DNA of 64,000 nt. Source: Mustelus asterias. Its lineage: Eukaryota. The position numbers and the translations under genes were made by a program. Shown piece after piece: positions 1 through 10,555 of this stretch. A model generated the notes under the pieces. The model made no database searches. It was not told the DNA's origin and worked only from the letters and a program-made list of their open reading frames with translations. Where the stretch lies: assembly GCF_964213995.1 (NCBI RefSeq), contig NC_135832.1, forward strand, positions 7,130,001 through 7,194,000, in the 5' to 3' direction. Position 1 is the first letter of the stretch. Every line of letters starts with the position of its first letter.

Positions 1-216
1 CTCGGTCTATCTGCCTTAAACCTGTCCACCTTTACATTCGAATTTCCGTTCTGTATTGATAGGGAGTAAAACATCAGCTGCGGCTGCTTCCCTGGATATT
101 GCCTGTACCAGTACATGTAAGGGTTACTCCTGCCCTCCACATTGCACCTCATGTTGGCTGACTCCCCCGGAAATCTGGAGAGGGCTTTGGGAGTCTGATA
201 GCCTGGGCGTTCACTT
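1..216 (-). pseudogene. TCR beta-like V exon (TRBV30-like), frameshifted near its 5' end, runs off the window edge
   Basis: Minus strand: pyrimidine tract and CAG acceptor (218-217), then (E)VNAQAI, a frameshift, then QTPKALSRFPGESANMRCNVEGRSNPYMYWYRQYPGKQPQLMFYSLSIQNGNSNVKVDRFKADRP. First Cys, WYRQ, SNPYMY, QLMFYS and F-x-A-x-RP match V-beta. Confidence 0.85.
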
Positions 217-238
217 CTGGCAATGAGATGGGGAGAGG

Positions 239-2217
239 AGAACATAGAACATAGAACATAGAAAGCCACAGCACAAACAGGCCCTTCGCCCCACAAGTTG
301 CGCCGATCACATCCCCACCTCTAGGCCTATCTATAGCCCTCAATCCCATTAAATCCCATGTACTCATCCAGAAGTCTCTTAAAAGACCCCAACGAGTTTG
401 CCTCCACCACCACCTACGTCAGCCGATTCCACTCACCCACCACCCTCTGAGTGAAAAACTTACCCCTGACATCTCCTCTGTACCTACCCCCCCAGCACCT
501 TAAACCTGTGTCCTCTCGTAGCAACCATTTCAGCCCTTGGAAATAGCCTCTGAGAGTCTACCCTATCCAGACCTCTCAACATCTTGTAAACCTCTATCAG
601 GTCACCTCTCATCCTTCGTCTCTCCAGGGAGAAGAGACCAAGCTCCCTCAACCTATCCTCATAAGGCATGCCCCCCAATCCAGGCAACATCCTTGTAAAT
701 CTCCTCTGCACCCTTTCAATGGCTTCAACATCTTTCCTATAATGAGGTGACCAGAACTGCGTGCAGTACTCCAAGTAGGGTCTAACCAGGGTCCTATAAA
801 GCTGCAGCATTATCTCCCGACTCCTAAACTCAATCCCTCGATTAATGAAGGCCAGTACGCCGTACGCCTTCTTGACCGCATCCTCCACCTGCGAGGCCGA
901 TTTAAGAGTCCTATGGACCCGGACCCCATGGTCCTTCTGATCCTCTACACTGCTAAGAATGGTACCCTTCATATTATACTGCTGCTTCATCCCATTGGAT
1001 CTGCCAAAATGGATCACCACACACTTATCCGGGTTGAAGTCCATCTGCCACTTCTCCGCCCAGTCTTGCATTCTATCTATGTCTCGCTGCAACTTCTGAC
1101 ATCCCTCCAAACTATCCACAACACCACCTACCTTGGTGTCGTCAGCAAACTTACCAACCCATCCCTCCACTTCCTCATCCAGGTCATTTATGAAAATGAC
1201 AAACAGCAAGGGTCCCAGAACAGATCCCTGGGGCACTCCACTGGTCACTGACCTCCATGCAGAGAAATACCCCTCCACAGCCACTCTCTGCCTTCTGCAG
1301 GCAAGCCAGTTCTGGATCCACAAGGCAACAGCCCCTTGGATCCCATGCCCTCTCACTTTCTCAAGAAGTCTTGCATGGGGGGCCTTATCGAACGCCTTGC
1401 TGAAGTCCATATAGACCACATCCACCGCTCTTCCTTCGTCAATGTGTTTGGTCACATTTTCAAAGAACTCAACCAGGCTCGTAAGGCACGACCTGCCCTT
1501 GACAAAGCCGTGCTGACTACTTTTGATCATACTAAACTTCTCTGGATGATCATAAATCCTGTCTCTCAGGATCCTCTCCATCAACTTACCAACCACTGAG
1601 GTTAGACTCACCGGTCGGTAATTTCCCGGGCTGTCCCTGTTCCCTTTCTTGAATATAGGGACCACATCTGCAATCCTCCAATCCTCCGGAACCTCTCCCG
1701 TCTCCATCGACGATGCAAAGATCATCGCCAAAGGCTCCGCAATCTCCTCCCTCTCCTCCCACATTAACCTGGGGTACATCCCATCCGGTACCGGCGACTT
1801 ACCAACCTTGATGCCATTCAATAGTTCCAACACATCCTCTTTCTTTATGTCCACATGCTCGATCCTTTCTGTCCACCGCACACCAGCAGTACAACCACCC
1901 AGATCCCTTTCCACCGTGAATACCGAGGTAAAGTATTCATTAAGCAGCTCCGCCATTTCTAACGGTTCCGCACAAACTTTTCCCCCTTCACTTTTTAAGA
2001 GTCCTATGCCTTCACATCTCATCCTTTTACTCTTGACATATTTGTAGAAAGCCTTGGGATTCTCCTTAATCTTACCCGCCAAGGCCTTCTCATGGCCCCT
2101 TCTCGCTCTCCTAATTTCCTTCTTAAGCTCCTTCCTACATCCCGTATACCCCTCTAAATCCTTAACACCTCCTAGCTGTCTGAACCTTCTGTACGCCTCT
2201 CTTTTCTTATTCACCAA
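239..2217 (-). mobile_element. 5'-truncated CR1 LINE inside the V-beta leader/V intron
   Basis: 577-aa RT ORF (GNYRPVSLTS, MDFSKAFD, GVPQGSVLGP, FADDTK) and a (TTCTATG)n tail at about 239-263. Confidence 0.95.
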
Positions 2218-2306
2218 GATCAGTAAACAGGGATATTCTGAAAATTAAATCGAAAGACGGTAAAGTAACGTAAAGCAACAATGTATTTTTTTTCAAAATC
2301 CCTTAC

Positions 2307-2343
2307 CGTGAAGCAGAGTTAAAAGAGCCAGGAACAAATGCAT
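2307..2343 (-). pseudogene. Leader (signal peptide) exon of the V-beta-like segment
   Basis: ATG..MHLFLALLTLLH+G followed by a GTAAGG donor. Phase 1 joins to AA at 216-215 to give Glu. Confidence 0.8.
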
Positions 2344-3550
2344 TTTTCTACATGTACTATCCTACTAAAAGAGGTAGCGAGATCAGGAGCATTGAGTACT
2401 CTGAGGTGAAAACACTGCCGCTTTTAAAATAATTCAGGAAACATGAGATGAATTGACTGTATTGTTGGACTTGCCTTTTTAGTTGAAGCAACCAACCTGA
2501 ATGTATTTGGTTGCCAGTAGCCATGCCTGTCTTAATTGCATGGCGTTGGGATCCGCAACAAGGGCAGCTGTTGTTCTATATTCCAGTTGAATTTCCTTAC
2601 GTTTCAGAACTGGCCAATTATTCACAGATTCACAGAATTGCTGTGCAGATCGGGGCCTTTTGGCCTTTCGCGTCCGCAGCGGCTCTCTAAACGAGGAACA
2701 TGATTTAATGTCATTCCTGCGATGTCCATGTCCCTGGCTGGGTGATCATTTCTTGCCCATCTCTAATATGACTTGAACTGGGTGACCTGCTTGACCATTT
2801 CAGAGGTCATTCCAGAGTCGCCCTCATTGATGCAGAGTGGAGTCTCATGAACGCCAGGTCAGGTTTGGCAGCAGATTTAGTTCTCGAATGGGAGGCAGTG
2901 AAACATACAGATTTTTTACAACAAAATTTCAGATATTCTATTGTGTTCAAATTCACCTGCAGCGTTGCAACTCGAACTCGATCCCCAGCGTATTGTCACG
3001 TGTCTCTGGATTACTAGCCAAGTGAAAAAAGACATTGCGCCACCACCTTCACTACGCTAAGTGCATCGAACCACAGTGGCATGAGACAGGGCAGGGTATT
3101 TGAGGGGTCTCAAGCAAGTGGAAAATTATCCATTTGACACTTGCTACTATCTGCACACTGAGATGGTTCAGGCTCAGCTTTGGACCGCTGATAACAAGGA
3201 GACCTATAACTCTATTCATTAGCTGGTGAACCTAAACATTATCCAAAGATTCAGACAGCAGCTAATCCATTACACAGCGGACACACACTCCATCAGTTGG
3301 AAGACGATTCATCCCTGATGTGTTTGCAGCTGCCCTCAATATCAGTGAATGGAGCGAGCACCTTTTTTCTGTAAATAACCAACCCGTTGATTACAAATAT
3401 CGGGCGAGAGCATATGAGCCATAATTGCAATAGAAGGCTTTTTTCTGCTCACACCCAACTTCAGCAAATCGTCAGCTTTTGGTAACTAATGTCTCTTTAT
3501 TCTTCGACCAATATGATTCGTTGTCACCTCTTTTGAATGTTTTCTTTAAC

Positions 3551-3670
3551 AAGGGGGAGGTGATGGCCTAGTGGTATTATCGATAGACTATTAACACAGA
3601 AACTCAGTGAATGTTCTGGGGACTCGGGTTCGAATCCCACCACGGCAGAAGGTGGAATCTGAATTCAATT
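3551..3670 (+). mobile_element. tRNA-derived SINE head
   Basis: A-box-like TGGCCTAGTGG and B-box GGTTCGAATCC. Confidence 0.75.
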
Positions 3671-4110
3671 ATGGAGGGTCTTAGCTATGAGAAGAGATTG
3701 GGTAGACTGGGGTTCTTCTCCTTGGAAAAACGGAGAATGATGGGAGATCCAATAGAGGTATACAAGATTATGAAGGGTATAGATAGGGTGAACAGTGGGA
3801 AGCTTTTTCCCAGGTCGGAGGTGACGATCACGAGGGGTCACGGGCTCAAGCTGAGAGGGGCGAAGTATAACTCAGACATCAGAGGGACGTTTTTTACACA
3901 GAGGGTGGTGGGGGCCTGGAATGCGCTGCCAAGTAGGGTGGTGGAGGCAGGCACGCTGACATCGTTTAAGACTTACCTGGATAGTCACATGAGAAGCCTG
4001 GGAATGGAGGGATACAAACGATTGGTCTAGTTGGACCAAGGAGCGGCACAGGCTTGGAGGGCCGAAGGGCCTGTTTCCTGTGCTGTACTGTTCTTTGTTC
4101 TTTGTTCTTT
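3671..4110 (+). mobile_element. CR1 LINE 3' fragment
   Basis: RT C-terminus (LSYEKRLGRLG..FFTQRVVGAWNALP) and a (GTTCTTT)n tail. Confidence 0.93.
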
Positions 4111-4952
4111 ATGAGTATTACACGTTTTGCAATTGCTATTGAAGGATCAAAGAACACAGAACAAAGAACAGTATAGCACTGGAATAGGCATTTCGGCCCT
4201 CCAAGCCTGTGCCGATCATGATGTCTGCCCAAACTAAAACTGTATGCACTTACAGAGTCTGTATCCTTCCCTTCCTATCCTATTCACGTAGTCGTCTCGG
4301 TGCCCCATAAATGCCGCTATCATACCTGCTCCCAAAACCTCCCCGGGCAGCGCGTTCCAGACATTAACCACCATCTGTGTAAAAAACATCTCCTCTAAAC
4401 TTTTCCCAACGCACCTTTAACCTATGTCCCCTGGTTATTTACTTTTCGGCCCGAGGAAAGAGCATCTGACTCTCCACTCTGTCGATGCCACTCATAACCT
4501 TTTAAACCCATATCAGGTTGCCCATCAACTTCCGTCCTTCCAGTGAGAACAAACCGAGTTTACCCAGCCTCTCCTCATAGCTAATACCGTGCACACCAGG
4601 CAGCACCCTGGTAAACCTCTTCTGTGTTTTCTCCAAATAAGCCACATCCCCCTGGTATTGTGGCGACCACAATTGCACATAATATTCTAAATCAGGTAAA
4701 TGAGGCCGAAATAAGATTCTGTACAGCTGCAGCATGACCTGCCAATTTTTATACTCAGTGCCCAAACCAATGAAGTCAACCGTGTCGTGTGCCTTTCTGA
4801 TGACCTTATCCACCTGCGTTGCCACTTACAGTGATCGGTGGACATGTGCGCCCAGATCTTGCTGCCTGTCAATTATACTAATCGTTCTGTGAAATTCCTA
4901 CATGCATTGGACCTTTCAAAACGCATTACCTCACATTTGTCCGGATAGACTC

Positions 4953-5574
4953 TGAAGTGGGGAAAAATATACAGATGAGTACACTTTAAAAAATGACTGC
5001 CTGGCACATAAACAGTCACCTGGGAAAGATACATTAAACAGGCACTGACGTTTAGTACAGACAGCCACCTGAGATTAAAACATAAAGGACAGGCAGCTAT
5101 TTAAAGTTAAATATGCAGTAATCAGATCCTGCAGGAAGCCAGCCAGGGCTTGAGACACCCTTTAGGATAAGGACAATAGAGTTGGGTAAAGAGATTAGCT
5201 ACAGGTGGGATCGGGAATACATAAATGCAGGAAAGCCAATTATTATATGAATGAGCCGAAACTAAAACCATTGATGGTCACTATCGTAGGAAATGTATCC
5301 ATTCATAGAACAATGCGATGTTAACATGCCACTCATAACCTGTCTGTATTTGTCTATGACGATGTGTTAACGATCGATCACCTACTTGATTACAACGATG
5401 TGATAATGGCTAGATGTCCGGTCCATCTATGTGTAAAGGGTACAAAGATGGACCGCTCCTATTGTCTCATGGAGACAAGGCACTTGTTAGTGCCTTGTCT
5501 CCACGAAGCCTCGTTAAAAAAAAAACTGTATTCTGGAAATCGTCAAGCCTGACTCAGGTACATTTCCCACAACA
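4953..5574 (+). mobile_element. Solo LTR (622 bp) with 5-bp target-site duplication
   Basis: Begins TGAAGTGGGGAAA and ends TTTCCCACAACA (TG..CA, imperfect terminal inverted repeats). Flanked by GACTC at 4948-4952 and 5575-5579, and the CR1 resumes exactly across it. Strand is inferred. Confidence 0.85.
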
Positions 5575-5860
5575 GACTCCATCTGGCATTTCTCCGTCCA
5601 AATCTCCAACCGGTCCACATATTGCTGCACCTTCTGACAATCCTCTTCACTATCTGCAGCTATATGGGTTTTTGTGTCGTTTGCGAACGTACAAGTCAGA
5701 CCAGCTACATTTTCGTCAAAATAATTTATGTGGAATACTGCTAGTCACAGCCTTCCATTCAGAAACGCACCCGTCTACTGCTACCCTTTGTATTATGTGC
5801 CCAAGCCAGTTCTGCATCCATCTTGCCAGTTCTGCCCTGATCCGGTGCGACTTTACCTTT

Positions 5861-6193
5861 CATAGAAACCCTACAGTGCAGAAGGAGGCCATTCGGCCCA
5901 TCGAGTCTGCACCGACCACAATCCCACCCAGGCCCTACCCCCACATATTTTACCCGCTAATCCCTCTAACCTACACATCCCAGGACTCTAAGGGGCAATT
6001 TTTTAACCTGGCCAATCAACCTAACCCGCACATCCTTGGACTGTGGGAGGAAACCGGAGCACCCGGAGGAAACCCACGCAGACACGAGGAGAATGTGCAA
6101 ACTCCACACAGACAGTGACCCGAGCCGGGAATCGAACCCGGGACTCTGGAGCTGTGAAGCAGCAGTGCTAACCACGGTGCTACCGTGCCGCCC
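5861..6193 (-). mobile_element. HE1-like tRNA-derived SINE
   Basis: GGGCGGCACGGTAGCAC head, GGTTCGATTCC B box, CR1-like TTTCTATG tail. Multiple near-identical copies in the window. Confidence 0.9.
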
Positions 6194-6483
6194 TAAATTA
6201 AACGTCCTTCATCGTATCCATCAATCTGCAAATTAAAGCAAGGCTCCGCCGCTTTCATACCAGTCTACCAGGAGGTACCTTGTCAAAGGCTTTACTGAAG
6301 TCCATGCACGCAAAATCCACTGCCTTTCCCTCATCTAACACCTTCGTCACTTCCTCAAAAAGCTCATTCAAGTTCGTGAGGCAGGACCTCCCCTTCATAA
6401 AACCATGGTCTTTACCAAGAATAAGTCCATTTGTTTCCAAATGTGAGTACAGAATGTCTCTAAGAATCTTTTCAAATAATTGA

Positions 6484-6831
6484 GGGCAGCACGGTAGCAC
6501 AGTGGTTAGCACTGCTGCTTCACAGCTCCAGGGACCTGGGTTCGATTCCCAGCTGGGGTCACTGTCTGTGTGGAGTTTGTACATTCTTCCCGTGTCTGTG
6601 TGGGTTTCCTCCACGTGCTTCGGTTTCCTCCCACAGTCCAAAGATGTGCGGGTTAGGTTGATTGGCCATGCTAAAATTGCCCCTTCGTGTCCTGAGATGC
6701 GTAGGTTAGAGGGATTAGCAGGTAAATGTGTAGGGATATGGGGGTAGGGCCTGGGTGGGATTGTGGTCGGTGCAGACTCGATGTGCCAAATGCCCTCTTT
6801 CTGCACTGTTGGGTCTCTATGATTTCTATGA
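6484..6831 (+). mobile_element. HE1-like SINE
   Basis: Same head, B box and tail as 5861-6193. Confidence 0.9.
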
Positions 6832-7109
6832 TTTTCCCGACCACTGACGTAAGACTCACCGGTCTATAGTCAGTATTTGTTCCTTATTCGTAAGGCAGAA
6901 GTGTTATCGGGTGTGTGATGCTGAAGGGTTACCGATGAGCCTGGTCAATGTTTATGGCTTTCGCGATACTTATTTCTTTATTCTTGTCCGGGAAATGTTT
7001 AGTCCTTATTTAACACGAATGAAACATACATTTGCCTGATTCGGCACCTGTGATTTTTTTCCCCCCACCTATTCAATATTTAAATACTGACTGCCCTTCA
7101 AATTAAGTA

Positions 7110-7252
7110 CACGATTGGATGCTCTCTCTTGCCTATTCCAATACATGGTGTAGGAGCTCTTGTTCGCTCCCTCCAAACTGCAAATGAGACCGAGATTCTC
7201 TCCCTCTGCAAAGGCAGCCTCGGCCGGGAGGCAGTGGATGCAGATGCATCCC
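7110..7252 (-). pseudogene. Truncated, frameshifted TCR delta-like V fragment (FR1-CDR1-start of FR2)
   Basis: TTTCAAG acceptor, then after a frame change AEAAFAEGENLGLICSLEGANKSSYTMYWNRQ, which parallels LDCSMKGDCMGSYTMHWCRQ of the 9909-10202 segment. No FR3 or RSS found. Confidence 0.7.
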
Positions 7253-7689
7253 CTTGAAATAGGTACAACGAAAAATGAAATGCCGAGACAACTAGAATGA
7301 TCCAACACAGAGGGCACTCAGCCCATCGTGAAAATGCCAGCACTTCACAGGATTATCTAATCTTGACTCTTCCCGCTATCTGTGTAAAGATACATCTCCA
7401 TTTGCTATCCACCCACCCCCATTAAACCAATCAAAATTTGCTCCCATGTATTCACAAATGGACGGTACTCCACTTCTTTTAATTTTCCAAAGCATATTTC
7501 GATGCTTAATTCTGACAACAGCTCCAATGGCCCGTCTATTCGGTGAAACAATATGAAGAACAATTGAGATGTGAGTCCCCTCTCCCTCGTTATGAGGGAC
7601 TTGGAGAGTTAATGAGGCATAACCTGCTAGCAAGCAAATTTTCCCTCCCAGCGGAAGTCTCACAATATGGAAGCGAGCTGCACTTGGAG

Positions 7690-8760
7690 AAACATAGAAA
7701 CATAGAAAGCTACAGCACAAAACAGGCCCTTCGGCCCCACAAGTTGTGCCGAACATATCCCTACCTTTTAGGCCTACCTATAACCCTCCATCCTATTAAG
7801 TCCCATGTACTCATCCAGGAGTCTCTTAAAAGACCCTATTGAGTTTGCCTCCACCACCACTGACGGCAGCCGATCCCACTTGCCCACCACCCTCTGTGTG
7901 AAAACCTTCCCCCTAACGTTTCCCCTGTACCTACCCCCAGCACCTTAAACCTGTGTCCTCTCGTAGCAGCCATTTCCACCCTGGGACAAAGCATCTGAGT
8001 GTCTAGCCGATCCATGCCTCTCAACCTCTTATATACCTCGATTATGTCTCCTCTCATCCTACGTCTCTCCAAGGAGAAAAGACCGAGCTCCCTCCGCCTA
8101 TCATCATAAGGCATGCCACTCAATCCAGGCAACATCCTTGTAAATCTCCTCTGCACCCTTTCAATCTTTTCCACATCCTTCCTGTAATGAGGCGATCAGA
8201 ACTGAGCACAATACTCCACGTGGGGTCTGACGAGGGTCTTATATAGCTGCATCATTATCCCGGATGCCTTAAATAAATCCCTCAATTGATCAAGACCAGT
8301 ACACCATACTTCTTCTTAACCACCTCCTCCACCTGCGGGGCCGATTTTAGAGTCCTATGGACCCGGACCCCAGGGTCCTTCTGATCCTCTACCGTACTAA
8401 GAGTCTTTCCCTTTATATTGTACTCCTTCATCCCATTTGACCTGCCAAAATGGACCACTACGCATTTATCTGCTTTGAAGTCCATCTGCCACTTCTTCGC
8501 CCAGTCGTGCGCCCTATCTATGTCCCTCTGTAACTTCTGACGTCCCTCCAGACTATCCACAACCCCACCAACCTTCCTGTCGTCGGCAAACGTACCAACC
8601 CATCCGTCCACTTCCTCATCCAGATCATTTATGAAAATGACAAACAGCAAGGGTCCCTGAACAGATCCCTGGGGCAAACCACTGGTGACCGACCTCCAAT
8701 TAGAAAAAGACCCATCTATACCCACTCCTCTGCCTCCTTTGGGCAAGCCAGTTCTGGATC
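7690..8760 (-). mobile_element. 5'-truncated CR1 LINE
   Basis: RT fragments in ORFs 8282-8803 and 7836-8174, with a (TTTCTATG)n tail. Confidence 0.93.
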
Positions 8761-9199
8761 GATGAACCAGTAGTGTGCTAAGCCAGGTCAATAGATTGAG
8801 CAAATGAGAAGTATTTCATTTTTTCGTACTGTGTGCATTCGCAAATGTGATGATGCAATACAAACGGCGAGCTCTAATTTCGAAATTAAACAGTGTTGTG
8901 CCAATGAAAACAGTCATTAGCAATGGTTGTATCTCAAACTCAAATGTCACTCTGAGGAAATAAAGGACCCTGACAGCCCGTTGGGCGATGTTGGACTCTT
9001 CCCGTGTATAAAGTAGCAATTGATTTACCTACGTTATTGTAATGGTTGCACTTGAAATATTAGAAATCATAGAAGAAAGAGAATCGAAAGGCGGAATTGC
9101 ACTTCATAACAACAAAAATCACTGATGTTACTCTGGACATTTATCAAATCCTTAATTCGCCGCAGCTATAGATTTGCAACCACTTTGATCCGAACATTT

Positions 9200-9610
9200 T
9201 AGGAAGTGTGCGGGTGTCCTTCTGAGTTTGGAAAGGATAATTACCGGAATGGTAAGAGTACGGAGGGAATTCAGCAAAAAGAATAGTTTCGAGAAATTGG
9301 ATATTTTCTACTTAGATGAAAATCAGTTGAGGACAGATTGCATGCAGGTATGCAACACAATGTTAGGCTTAAATAAGGTACGCAATAAAAGCTGTCATCC
9401 TCAGTTACGGTGCACGGAAAAGGGGACAAACATTTGCGATTAAACGAGTCATACAGGAAGGATATGAGGGATCTATTGTTTATGCAGCAAGTGCTGAGGA
9501 CTTGGAGCTCCTCGTCGATGAGGGAGGTGGAAGCGACGAAAATGAGCAACTTTTTTAATGGAAGTAAAATTTCAGGGGAAATCAATTTGCAGAGCTTACG
9601 GATATGAACG
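9200..9610 (+). mobile_element. Old degenerate CR1 3' fragment
   Basis: Decayed RT C-terminal motifs in ORFs 9228-9443 and 9410-9607. Confidence 0.6.
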
Positions 9611-9869
9611 GGGGGGGGGGGAGGACTTTGACTGTCTTGCTCAAATTAAGCCGATATTGCCTCGATGGTCTTCCAGCAGTGCAGGCAAAAAACATGCTTC
9701 ATTGTAGGAATGAATCAATTACTCTTTGCCGATTTAAATTTAAAACGCGTTGAGATGTCCTGGTGTCATAGGGATAAGCGGAGGAATAGAAATTAACTTC
9801 ATCAATTGCGGAGCATTGTGGACAGTGCTGATCACGAGTTGGATTGCGTGCCCGTTGGGACGATGATGA

Positions 9870-9908
9870 AGTTTTTGCGTCGCTCTGCGGGAGTGCTGCG
9901 TCATTGTT
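9870..9908 (-). other. 23-bp-spacer recombination signal sequence (RSS) with mutated heptamer
   Basis: AACAATG (9908-9902) + exactly 23 nt + GCAAAAACT (9878-9870), directly after the V exon. Consensus is CACAGTG-23-ACAAAAACC. Confidence 0.85.
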
Positions 9909-10202
9909 CCACACGAGCAGCACAGTAAGTTCCAGAGTCTGTTGGCTGGAGGCCGCTCAGCTGCAGAGAGAAGCAATTGTTTGCAGAGTCCAGTTGTACC
10001 GTAAAACGGCTACCGAAAAGAGGATCACAGATGTTGTTTTCATTACAAATTCAGTCAATGACCTTTCCTTGTTGTCTGCACCAATGCATGGTGTAGCTGC
10101 CCATGCAATCTCCCTTCATACTGCAGTCCAGAGTAAAGGATTTTCGCCCTTCAATAGCGATCGTAACTAAAGACTGGAATACAGTCGGCGCAGCCCTTAC
10201 CC
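9909..10202 (-). pseudogene. TCR delta-like V exon (pseudogene)
   Basis: TAG acceptor (10205-10203), then VRAAPTVFQSLVTIAIEGRKSFTLDCSMKGDCMGSYTMHWCRQQGKVID*ICNENNICDPLFGSRFTVQLDSANNCFSLQLSGLQPTDSGTYCAARV. Both canonical Cys, the W-x-RQ motif and DSGTYC are present; in-frame TGA at 10053-10051. Confidence 0.9.
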
Positions 10203-10509
10203 CTAGAACATGTTTTGAGAAGGACAATCGTTGGAATCGAACACTAAATGCAATAGGATATCGTAAAAATATCTCGCACTCTACCGTATCACTGTAGGAC
10301 CTTTGATGGAGTTCGCCCCTGGTCTCACTCTTATACTTTAATTTTCTAATGAGATTGGAGGAATGTTTTATCGTTGAATAGTTTTCAATGATACAAATAT
10401 TCAGTTGTGAATTATTGTGTTTGTCTGATTTTCAACACGAGATACGGGAACAGGGAGAGACCAGTATCGGTGTGCTGCGGTAAAAGTACGTTCAAACCAC
10501 GATACTTAC

Positions 10510-10555
10510 AGCAATGCCAGAATTCGAGTGACAAGGTGAGTAAAATTGAAAACAT
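10510..10555 (-). pseudogene. Leader exon of the V-delta-like segment
   Basis: MFSILLTLSLEFWHC+T followed by a GTAAGT donor, phase 1. An alternative in-frame ATG lies at 10573. Confidence 0.8.

Larger units (their letters stand above)
4147..6870 (-). mobile_element. Degenerate CR1 LINE interrupted by a solo LTR and two SINEs
   Basis: Collinear RT fragments in ORFs 4502-4825, 6255-6806 and 6671-6859, with the tail at about 4147-4170. Confidence 0.88.

Noticed and set aside
5414-6118. 234-aa ORF
   Set aside because: Chance read-through across LTR, antisense CR1 and antisense SINE.
9001-9013. CCCGTGTATAAAG also found at 36701-36713 (-), upstream of the GPCR pseudo-exon
   Set aside because: A 13-mer match is expected by chance among this many positions, and no exon 1 follows.
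9909-10202. NAR-TCR supporting V-delta, suggested by a Cys in CDR1
   Set aside because: Supporting V-delta segments lack their own leader and follow a NAR-TCR V-D-J block. Here a leader is present, no NAR V is seen, and extra Cys are scattered as expected from decay.
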